43,119 nucleotides of DNA, from assembly GCA_963694325.1 (NCBI GenBank), contig CAVOCV010000001.1:1-43119 (forward strand), read 5' to 3'. The position numbers were made by a program, and so were the translations under genes. Below, one piece after another: positions 25,963 to 32,972 of this stretch (its first letter is position 1; the number at the start of each line of letters is the position of its first letter). Origin of the DNA: Candidatus Thalassarchaeaceae archaeon (lineage in GTDB: Archaea > Thermoplasmatota > Poseidoniia > Poseidoniales > Thalassarchaeaceae). The notes below the pieces were generated by a model that saw only the letters and a list, made by a program, of their open reading frames with translations, made no database searches and was not told the DNA's origin.

Positions 25963-25984
25963 TGAGGTCCCTAAGGGGACCTCA
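25963..25984 (-). promoter_or_regulatory. Intercistronic hairpin (9-bp stem, 4-nt loop) between the GT2 and RND exporter genes
   Basis: TGAGGTCCC-TAAG-GGGACCTCA sits centrally in the 34-nt spacer. It ends 4 nt upstream of the exporter ATG (25959). Confidence 0.5.
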
Positions 25985-25993
25985 TGGCAGTGT

Positions 25994-26953
25994 TCAGTCG
26001 AGACCGAACTCGCGAACCAGAAGACGGCGCATCAGGCCTCTCGCACCTTGAAGGACGAGTGCTGTGAAGCAGAGAGACGCGCCGAGCATGCCGATCCAAG
26101 CGGCGGTCAGGCCTGGCCCGACAGACAGTGATACCGTGCCGTCGGTCAACCCTTCAACCTCGTTGAGGGCGCGGAATCCAATCGCAGTGCCCGTGGCGAG
26201 AAGCGAAATGCCCGGCACACCGAAGAATAGCAAGGGTTTCTTTTGAGAGAGGGAGATCAATGCGAAGCTCAGCACGGTGAATCCGTGTGAGAGGGCTGTG
26301 TATCGACTTCCCTTGGGTACGTCGTAGCGAATGCGTGTCGGCACCTCTGCCACCTTCAGGTCGAGGTCCTTGCAGAGGTTGAGAATTTCAAGGCAGGATT
26401 CCATCCCATCCAAGTCGATGCTCAGGCGCTCCAGCGCCTTCGGCCCGAAGGCGCGGAAACCGCTCTGCGTATCCTTGATGTTGAGGTCGCTCGAGAGGTT
26501 TGATGCAGCAGTGATGACTTTGATCCCAAGCGCGCGGTACGTTGGCATGCTATCACCTGCGCCACCGGAGACGAATCTGGACCCGATGACGACGTCGGAT
26601 TCGCCTGCGAGAATTGGGGCGAGAAGGTTCGGAATATCCTTGGATTCATGCTGACCATCGCTGTCGAGAATGATCAGCGCGCGGGCGCCTCGCTCTTGGG
26701 CGATGGCGAAGATTGTTTTCAGCGCACCACCATAGCCACGATTGGCGCGGTGATGGTGAACGGTCGCTCCGAGCTTCCGAGCGATCCGCGACGAGGCATC
26801 CGAAGAGCCGTCATCGACACAGAGAACCTCATCGACGTGCGGCATGCAACCGAGCACGACGCTGCCGATCGTCTCCTCTTCATTGAAGACGGGCATGGCA
26901 GCCAGAATCGGCCCTTCTCCAAGGGCGACGGCCACATGCGGTGCGCTCGACAT
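25994..26953 (-). CDS. Family-2 glycosyltransferase, dolichyl-phosphate hexose synthase-like (AglD/AglJ/DPM1-type) with C-terminal TM hairpin
   Basis: ATG at 26953 (the track start at 26962 is TTG). Motifs PVFNEEETIGSVV, VLCVDDGSSDAS and ILDSDGQH (DxD). The C-terminus KKPLLFFGVPGISLLATG... gives two TM helices. Confidence 0.85.
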   Translation of the reverse strand: MSSAPHVAVALGEGPILAAMPVFNEEETIGSVVLGCMPHVDEVLCVDDGSSDASSRIARKLGATVHHHRANRGYGGALKTIFAIAQERGARALIILDSDGQHESKDIPNLLAPILAGESDVVIGSRFVSGGAGDSMPTYRALGIKVITAASNLSSDLNIKDTQSGFRAFGPKALERLSIDLDGMESCLEILNLCKDLDLKVAEVPTRIRYDVPKGSRYTALSHGFTVLSFALISLSQKKPLLFFGVPGISLLATGTAIGFRALNEVEGLTDGTVSLSVGPGLTAAWIGMLGASLCFTALVLQGARGLMRRLLVREFGLD

Positions 26954-27078
26954 CGGCCTCAACGCCCAACGACTTCCATTTCAACACTTCCCCGTCCCTG
27001 TCGCCCGTAGGGCGGGCTTGAGGAAGTGGGGATGCCGCGGGCCCATCAGGCCCACGGCAACCCGTGTGGGTATTCCGC

Positions 27079-27351
27079 TCAGTTGGAGAGCAGCTGGCTC
27101 ACGGTCGTGACCGTGCGCTCGCCTTCGATGACCTTGCGCAGTGCGGACAGACTGATCACCAGGGGGATGTAGGTCTGGCCATCGCTTGTCGCGTAGGTTT
27201 CGCAGTCGCCGAAGGCGTGCTGGTTGATCGAGAGCTTGATCGCTCCGCCGGCATTGCTGCGGCGGGCGTAGCCCACGAGGAGGGACGGCGTCATGCCACC
27301 CTCCGAGGTTTCGTTCATCTGTTGTGCTTCATTTTCATTTTTCTTTGCCAT
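27079..27351 (-). CDS. Hypothetical small soluble protein (acidic N-terminus, beta-rich core, C-terminal helix); possible nucleic-acid binder, unassigned
   Basis: ATG at 27351 (MAKKNENEAQQ...; the track start at 27366 is TTG). No family recognised. Hairpin-rich spacers flank it on both sides. Confidence 0.4.
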   Translation of the reverse strand: MAKKNENEAQQMNETSEGGMTPSLLVGYARRSNAGGAIKLSINQHAFGDCETYATSDGQTYIPLVISLSALRKVIEGERTVTTVSQLLSN

Positions 27352-27544
27352 ATTGTTCAACTCCAAGTCCCGCGGCTGTCGGGGACCGAGTGGGACGTGA
27401 CACGCGGCGGACCACCCTCTTTGCGAGGGGAGGGGTCCGCTGAATGGAAATGATTCACTCCGCTACGCGGAGATGAAAGTGAGTGAACCGCGCGTGTACG
27501 CGCGCCCGTGACGTTCAAGTGGGACTCAGGGCTGGCCGCGCTCG

Positions 27545-28486
27545 ATGCACGTTCTCGTCACCGGCGGTGCCGGATTCATTGGCTCACACCTGGTCGACCA
27601 TCTCGTCGCGCGCGGAGACCGTGTCAGCGTCTATGACAATATGAGCAGCGGGCGCGCAGAATTCCTCGCCCACCACGGCGACGCGGTCCAATTCATCCAA
27701 GGCGACCTGCTCGATCTCGACGCGACCGTCGCGGCGATGGAGGGCATCGAATTGGTCTTCCATCTCGCGGCCAACCCCGACATTCGCCTCGGAACACGGG
27801 TCACGGACACAGACCTGAAACAGGGAACCATCGCAACCTACAACGTGCTCGAAGCCATGCGACGCGCCGAAGTCAAACACATCGCATTCGCGAGCAGCAG
27901 CGTGGTCTATGGAGAGGCGGCCGAGATGCCCACCCCTGAGACCTATGGTCCCCTCTTCCCCATCAGCCTCTACGGTGCGAGCAAATTGGGCTCGGAGGCA
28001 TTGATCACATCGTGGGTCGGCACCTTTGGCCTGAAGGCCTGGCTCTTCCGCTTCGCAAACATTGTCGGCGCCCGCGGCACACATGGCGTCATCTTCGACT
28101 TCATCCACAAACTCAAGGCGGACCCTTCCCGCCTCGAGGTCTTGGGCAATGGCCGGCAAGAAAAATCCTACATGGAGGTCGTCGATTGTGCACGGGCGAT
28201 GATTCACCTCACCGAAACCACGGATGAGGCAGTCAACTGCTTCAACCTCGGCACCCACGATACCTGCAGCGTCCGACGCATCGCTGAGATCGTCATCGAG
28301 GAGACCGGATTCAAGAACGTCAGTATCGAGTACACCGGTGGCGATCGCGGCTGGGCGGGCGACGTGCCCAAGACGATGCTCGACCCCGCGCGCTTGTACG
28401 CGAGTGGATTCGAGCCGAACTACAATTCTGAGGAGAGCATCCGCCACACGGCGGCCACCCTGATTCAGGAGATTGGTTTGGAATGA
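27545..28486 (+). CDS. NAD-dependent nucleotide-sugar epimerase/dehydratase (GalE-like SDR)
   Basis: VLVTGGAGFIGSHLVDHL Rossmann motif and YGASK (YxxxK) catalytic motif. 313 aa. Confidence 0.85.
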   Translation: MHVLVTGGAGFIGSHLVDHLVARGDRVSVYDNMSSGRAEFLAHHGDAVQFIQGDLLDLDATVAAMEGIELVFHLAANPDIRLGTRVTDTDLKQGTIATYNVLEAMRRAEVKHIAFASSSVVYGEAAEMPTPETYGPLFPISLYGASKLGSEALITSWVGTFGLKAWLFRFANIVGARGTHGVIFDFIHKLKADPSRLEVLGNGRQEKSYMEVVDCARAMIHLTETTDEAVNCFNLGTHDTCSVRRIAEIVIEETGFKNVSIEYTGGDRGWAGDVPKTMLDPARLYASGFEPNYNSEESIRHTAATLIQEIGLE

Positions 28487-29166
28487 AGACCGATTGCACC
28501 ACCCGCAGAGCCTTGTTCGAAGATGAGAATGCGGATGCTCGCATGGGCGCGACCTTCGTCATCTCTGCGGCCCTGACCATCGCCCTCGTCTTCGTCTGGA
28601 TCATCGCACCGCCGGCCAGCATCGGTGTGAGCGAGGGCCAATTGGCCCCCGAGATTATCGGACAGGGTTACCTGGATGGGGAATGGGAAGATTTCCAACT
28701 CACCGACCACATCAACTTCTCATGGGTCGAAGGCGCAGAAGGGCAATGGATTCTCCTCCAGTTCATCGACACAGATTGCCCCCATTGTTGGAAATCGGGC
28801 GCGGACATGAGTGAGCACTGGCCCATCTTTGGCGATTCAGGCGCCGTTCTCTATGTCACGATCGCCGTCGAGGTCGTCGGTAATGAACACAGCAGAGATG
28901 AGATCGTCGCGTTCAAGGAAAAGCAGGATTACGTGGGATGCAAATCGACCTCAAATTGCGAGAATCGACCCGGTGATGTCCACCCTTGGATGTATGTCGA
29001 TGCCCTGAATTCCGACGTATCCGATGACTATGCTCTGCCCGGCGTCCCCTTCGAATTGCTGCTTTCACCCGATGGAATTGTGATCTGGAATGGGGCCCAG
29101 CACAAGTCGGATGGCTTGGACACGGTCGACAGCGCCCTGCGACACCATTTGATGGAGGATGCCTGA
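28483..29166 (+). CDS. Membrane-anchored thioredoxin-fold thiol:disulfide oxidoreductase (TlpA/ResA/DsbA-like)
   Basis: Its ATG overlaps the epimerase TGA (ATGA). N-terminal TM helix ATFVISAALTIALVFVWIIA. The CPHC active site sits in LLQFIDTDCPHCW. Confidence 0.7.
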   Translation: MKTDCTTRRALFEDENADARMGATFVISAALTIALVFVWIIAPPASIGVSEGQLAPEIIGQGYLDGEWEDFQLTDHINFSWVEGAEGQWILLQFIDTDCPHCWKSGADMSEHWPIFGDSGAVLYVTIAVEVVGNEHSRDEIVAFKEKQDYVGCKSTSNCENRPGDVHPWMYVDALNSDVSDDYALPGVPFELLLSPDGIVIWNGAQHKSDGLDTVDSALRHHLMEDA

Positions 29167-29805
29167 ATGGTCGCATTTGCAGCGGACTGGCCGCTGATGC
29201 TGTTTCTAGCGCCGGTTGTCATTGGCATATTCATCGCGAGCCCGATGGGCGCACCCCGTCTTCCAGAGATGGGTGAAGCCCGCCGACGTCTGCTCGGGCT
29301 GCTTTTCATCGAAGCGGGTGGCTTCACCGCAAGCGTCTACACCTGGATGATTCACAATCAAATGGCCGCGACAGGCACAAGTGAGCTGTGTGCTGTGAAG
29401 GGACTGGTACAGTGTGGCTCCGTCATCGGTGACCCGACCTACAGCACCTTCCTCGGTCTTCCTTGGGGCATCGTCGGCATGGGTGCCTTTGCGGTCATCG
29501 GATGGCTCACACTGGCGATGTTCATGGAAATGAAGGCCGATTGGGCGGAGAAGTACCTCGACTATGCGTGGTATCTGAGCTTGCCCGGCATTGCCGGCAT
29601 CGTCTGGCTGATCATCGTCGAGATGTTCCTCGTCGATGGCGCCCCTCACATTTGCCCGTACTGCACCTGTGTCCACATCGCCTTGGGTGCGACGATTTTC
29701 CTGCTGTACTCGCTTCGCAAGAATCGCGATGCGGGCCACTGGGAAATCACTCGACAGAAGTCCAAAGAGGAACTTCTCGCGCTGGCCCGAAAAGGGCGCA
29801 AGTGA
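29167..29805 (+). CDS. Vitamin K epoxide reductase (VKOR) family protein
   Basis: It starts immediately after the upstream stop (TGAATG). Loop Cys pair CAVKGLVQC is followed by YSTFLGLPWGIVG, and a CPYC motif lies in the last TM helix. Four or five TM segments. Confidence 0.85.
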   Translation: MVAFAADWPLMLFLAPVVIGIFIASPMGAPRLPEMGEARRRLLGLLFIEAGGFTASVYTWMIHNQMAATGTSELCAVKGLVQCGSVIGDPTYSTFLGLPWGIVGMGAFAVIGWLTLAMFMEMKADWAEKYLDYAWYLSLPGIAGIVWLIIVEMFLVDGAPHICPYCTCVHIALGATIFLLYSLRKNRDAGHWEITRQKSKEELLALARKGRK

Positions 29806-30093
29806 TCAGGGCTGATACGTGCCACCGATCTCGAACAAGGCCACATCGGTGCGCATGTCGACCGGCTCCATGCGGACGACGGTGACATCGAGGCGCACCT
29901 CTGATGCATAGTTCGAGCGCAACACATCGTAGAGACGGCCCTGCACGTCCGCCATCTGGGCGCCGCGCAGGATCGTCACCGTACGGATCGGATTCTGATC
30001 GGCGATCTCGACGATGAACTCGACAAGCCATTCTCGGTCTACCTGGACGCCCTCTTGACGTCCCTCTTTATGTTCTTCAGGGATGTACGCCAT
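29806..30093 (-). CDS. Hypothetical small cytoplasmic protein
   Basis: 95-aa ORF with ATG at 30093. Its stop abuts the VKOR stop (TGATCA). No family recognised. Confidence 0.35.
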   Translation of the reverse strand: MAYIPEEHKEGRQEGVQVDREWLVEFIVEIADQNPIRTVTILRGAQMADVQGRLYDVLRSNYASEVRLDVTVVRMEPVDMRTDVALFEIGGTYQP

Positions 30094-30179
30094 CGGTGTT
30101 GTTTCTGCACTGTCAGACTATCAATGCTTCCCTGATACCCCGTTACACAGCCCGGCGGGGGTCTGAAATAGGAGCGCGT

Positions 30180-31055
30180 TCAATCAGATGAGCCGCGCCG
30201 AAGAATCACCGTGGAGAGCACAAGCGCGCTAAACAAGAATAATATCGCCCCAAGCGACAAGAAATCGACAGGGTCGGCCCCATCCTCATATTGGAGTCCG
30301 ACGACGCTTCGGATCTCGCCATCGACGGTGAGCACGGCGACCACACCCCAAATCTTGTCAGTCCCGTGCACGACGTATCCAGCCTCGGACTCTTCGCGGT
30401 CCAATGCTTCCCAAGTGACCTCATATCCAGCATCTCCCACGTACTCGAATGCAGATGCATTGATGCGAATCTGTCCCGTCAACACATCCTCGTGCTCATC
30501 GATACCATTGCTCGCGATCTCCGAATCCATCGACCGCTGTTGTTTCAGATGGAGGGTGATGCTGGCATTCTCTGTCCAAGGCCCCGCATCGACACGGATC
30601 ACATCCCCGGTTGAATGGGTATTCCACTCGAGGCGCATCTCCTGCCAAGCGTCACGATCCAATTCTGCGGACATCACAGCGCCTGCGAGCCGATTGTAGG
30701 TGACGGCGCCGGTGACCTGGCCCTGACCATCGAACCAGAATGTCGGCAGTCCGAGGTTCTCATCCGGACTGAGTTCGGAAATCCTTGCGGTGGTGAGTGG
30801 GGTGCCGAATGGATCGTGATCGTCGGGGTGCAAGGCGATGCGCTCGACCCGGCCACTGTGGTCGGAGACGAAATCACCGATCCAAGGATCGATGGTTGCG
30901 CAGACCTCACACCATGTCGCCGTGTACTGTTCGATGAGAATTGCGTGTCCACCGGTGCGCTCGCGCTCGACCGACTGGAACTGCTCGGTGCGGGCACTCG
31001 CGAGCACGGGCAGAAGGAGGAGGGCGATGAGGGCGAGCGCCAGTGCCCTTCGCAT
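30180..31055 (-). CDS. Secreted thioredoxin-fold protein (WCEVC motif) with C-terminal TM anchor and basic tail
   Basis: I take the ATG at 31055 (MRRALALALIALLLLPVLASA signal peptide); an alternative ATG is at 31082. ILIEQYTATWCEVCATIDP is a Trx-like CxxC context. The C-terminus is DPVDFLSLGAILFLFSALVLSTVILRRGSSD. Confidence 0.6.
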   Translation of the reverse strand: MRRALALALIALLLLPVLASARTEQFQSVERERTGGHAILIEQYTATWCEVCATIDPWIGDFVSDHSGRVERIALHPDDHDPFGTPLTTARISELSPDENLGLPTFWFDGQGQVTGAVTYNRLAGAVMSAELDRDAWQEMRLEWNTHSTGDVIRVDAGPWTENASITLHLKQQRSMDSEIASNGIDEHEDVLTGQIRINASAFEYVGDAGYEVTWEALDREESEAGYVVHGTDKIWGVVAVLTVDGEIRSVVGLQYEDGADPVDFLSLGAILFLFSALVLSTVILRRGSSD

Positions 31056-31123
31056 GGGCTGAACGCCTCGGCCGGGTCTCATTTACATATCCCGGGCCCG
31101 GCCGACCGATTGGGGGGCGTCAG

Positions 31124-31921
31124 ATGAGCAAACGCTGGTTTCAGGCGCATCAGCGCGACACCTGGCGTCGTCAGGCCCGCTCAAAGGGATACCGCGCCCG
31201 TTCCGCCTTCAAATTGAAGCAGATTCAGGAGCGCTTCGAACTGATTCGCGAAAGCGATGTCATCCTCGACGTCGGCTGCCACCCAGGCGGTTGGAGCCAG
31301 GTCTCGGTTGAGGAGACCGGGCCCCAAGGGCTTGTGATCGCCATCGACCTGCTGCCCTGCTCCCCGATCGAAGGCGTCCATCTGGTCATCGGCGACATCA
31401 TGCATCCCGGCTCTCACGAACAAATCCTCGATTTATTGAATGAAGGGATCAAAGTCAATGGAAGCCCCATGCCCGAGGTGGTTGAGGGCGAGCAACGGCT
31501 GTTCAACGCCATCGTGTCCGACATCAGCCCGAACCTGACCGGTCAGTACGACCGCGACCAGGCCATCTCGCTCGAGCTGGTCGCGATGGTCTTCGATTTC
31601 ACGCTCCCGCTCCTCGCCCCCGGCGGCGCCTTCGTCACCAAGGTCTTCCAGGGCACGGGCATCGAGGGCGTGATCAACGCGGCCAAGCAGCGCTTCTCAC
31701 GCGTCCAGAGATTCTCTCCCGAAGCCAGCCGAAACTCATCCTCGGAGGTTTTCCTCATCTGTAAGAACAAACTTCCCAAACCGCGCAAGGGATTTCGCGA
31801 GACGACGGTTGCTCAGGAGTTGGACAACCACTTGGAGAATGTCGGCATCATCCAGCCGAAGGGCAATGATCCCGTAGAGGTACTAAAAAGCGGCTTTCGC
31901 GTCATCAAGAAGAGAGACTGA
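31124..31921 (+). CDS. rlmE: 23S rRNA 2'-O-ribose methyltransferase RlmE/FtsJ
   Basis: I take the ATG at 31124 (MSKRWFQAHQRD...). Motifs YRARSAFKLKQIQERF, LDVGCHPGGWSQV and VSDISPNLTG. It has an internal insert and a C-terminal extension of about 50 aa. Confidence 0.85.
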   Translation: MSKRWFQAHQRDTWRRQARSKGYRARSAFKLKQIQERFELIRESDVILDVGCHPGGWSQVSVEETGPQGLVIAIDLLPCSPIEGVHLVIGDIMHPGSHEQILDLLNEGIKVNGSPMPEVVEGEQRLFNAIVSDISPNLTGQYDRDQAISLELVAMVFDFTLPLLAPGGAFVTKVFQGTGIEGVINAAKQRFSRVQRFSPEASRNSSSEVFLICKNKLPKPRKGFRETTVAQELDNHLENVGIIQPKGNDPVEVLKSGFRVIKKRD

Positions 31922-31932
31922 ACCCTTCGTTG

Positions 31933-31950
31933 TTCACTTTCACTTTCACT
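31933..31950. repeat. Perfect tandem hexamer (TTCACT)x3 in the rlmE / OB-fold gene spacer
   Basis: Read directly: ttcact ttcact ttcact. It lies 69 nt upstream of the ATG at 32019. Confidence 0.9.
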
Positions 31951-32018
31951 TACCCCTCTGCGAAATGATGGTGGACCGTCGGCGCTCGTCTCGGTTGCTG
32001 GAAAGGAGATGAACCAAT

Positions 32019-32435
32019 ATGACCACAAGTGTCGCAACCCCCCGAAGCCCGCTACCGACCCGACCCCGAACGGATGCCCGTCAAAGCATCCTCAAAGAGA
32101 TCGCCAACTCACGTGACAGAGCGCGAGGTGGCAATCCGAATCGAACGCTGGTCTCCGACCTGAAAATCGGTGCCCCGGTCGGCTGTGCCGAACTCCTCGT
32201 CCTGCGACGCTATCCCCGTCGAACGGTCTCGAGCAAGGCCTGGACCGGCGCCTTGGCAGCGGCCTGCGCCCGCGATGAGAGTGGATTGGTTGGCCTCGTC
32301 CTCTGGGGCGATCAAGTCGACCGCGTTCGCACCGGCGACATCATCCGAATCGAGAATGGGTGGTGCCGCATGAGTCAGGGCCAGAAGGTCGTCTCAACGG
32401 GGCGCACGGGCCGCTTGACAGTACTCGCAGCCTGA
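32019..32435 (+). CDS. Single-OB-fold ssDNA-binding protein (SSB1/NABP-like)
   Basis: VSDLKIGAPVGCAELLVLRR...GLVGLVLWGDQVDRVRTGDIIRIENGWCRM..GRTGRLTVL parallels the hSSB1-type OB fold (IKDLKPG...ISVWDD...GDIIRL..G....GRGG). The N-terminus is Pro/Arg-rich. Confidence 0.6.
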   Translation: MTTSVATPRSPLPTRPRTDARQSILKEIANSRDRARGGNPNRTLVSDLKIGAPVGCAELLVLRRYPRRTVSSKAWTGALAAACARDESGLVGLVLWGDQVDRVRTGDIIRIENGWCRMSQGQKVVSTGRTGRLTVLAA

Positions 32436-32507
32436 AAGGTGGGTGCGCTACCCTTCGGGCAACCATATTAAGGAGAAGTTGGTCGCCGGGCCGCTGAGGA
32501 ATCACAC

Positions 32508-32675
32508 ATGCAGAAGCGCGCATCTTCCTGTTCCGCCTCCGGCGTCCCTTTGACGGACGCCAAGAGCACCTCTTTCCCCTGTCCCGCTTGCGGTGAGCCC
32601 ATCGGCCGCAGCGAGAGATGCCGCAACCAAGCGGTCACGTATTACTGCCCGAGCTGTGGGTTCCAGGGTCCCTGA
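32508..32675 (+). CDS. Small Zn-ribbon protein (COG2888-like) preceding aEF-1beta
   Basis: Below the ORF-track size cutoff. My translation is MQKRASSCSASGVPLTDAKSTSFPCPACGEPIGRSERCRNQAVTYYCPSCGFQGP (55 aa), with CPAC...C...CPSC. A GAGGA motif lies upstream. This small Zn-ribbon gene is a conserved neighbour of EF-1beta in archaea. Confidence 0.7.
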   Translation: MQKRASSCSASGVPLTDAKSTSFPCPACGEPIGRSERCRNQAVTYYCPSCGFQGP

Positions 32676-32690
32676 ACCGGAGGATTTCTC

Positions 32691-32963
32691 ATGGGAGAAG
32701 TTGCTGTCAAGTACAAGATCATGTGCGATCCGAATTACGAGGATGCGAACGCGGAAGAGATCGCATCATCGATGACCGCGATGCAGAGCGAGGTTGGCGT
32801 CGTCCAGATGGTTGAGACCAAGCCGCTCGCCTTCGGTCTGAAGTTCGTCGAGGCCCACTGCGTCATCCAAGAGGGTGACGGAACTGTCGATGAGTTCGAA
32901 GATGCGATCCGCGCCATCGATGGCGTCGGAGAAGTCGAAGTTCTCGAGATTGGCCGCCTCTGA
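32691..32963 (+). CDS. Translation elongation factor aEF-1 beta
   Basis: 90 aa: MGEVAVKYKIMCDP...KPLAFGLKFVEAHCVI...VEVLEIGRL. Size and pattern are typical of archaeal EF-1beta. GGAGG lies 8 nt upstream. Confidence 0.85.
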   Translation: MGEVAVKYKIMCDPNYEDANAEEIASSMTAMQSEVGVVQMVETKPLAFGLKFVEAHCVIQEGDGTVDEFEDAIRAIDGVGEVEVLEIGRL

Positions 32964-32972
32964 AGGCACCAC

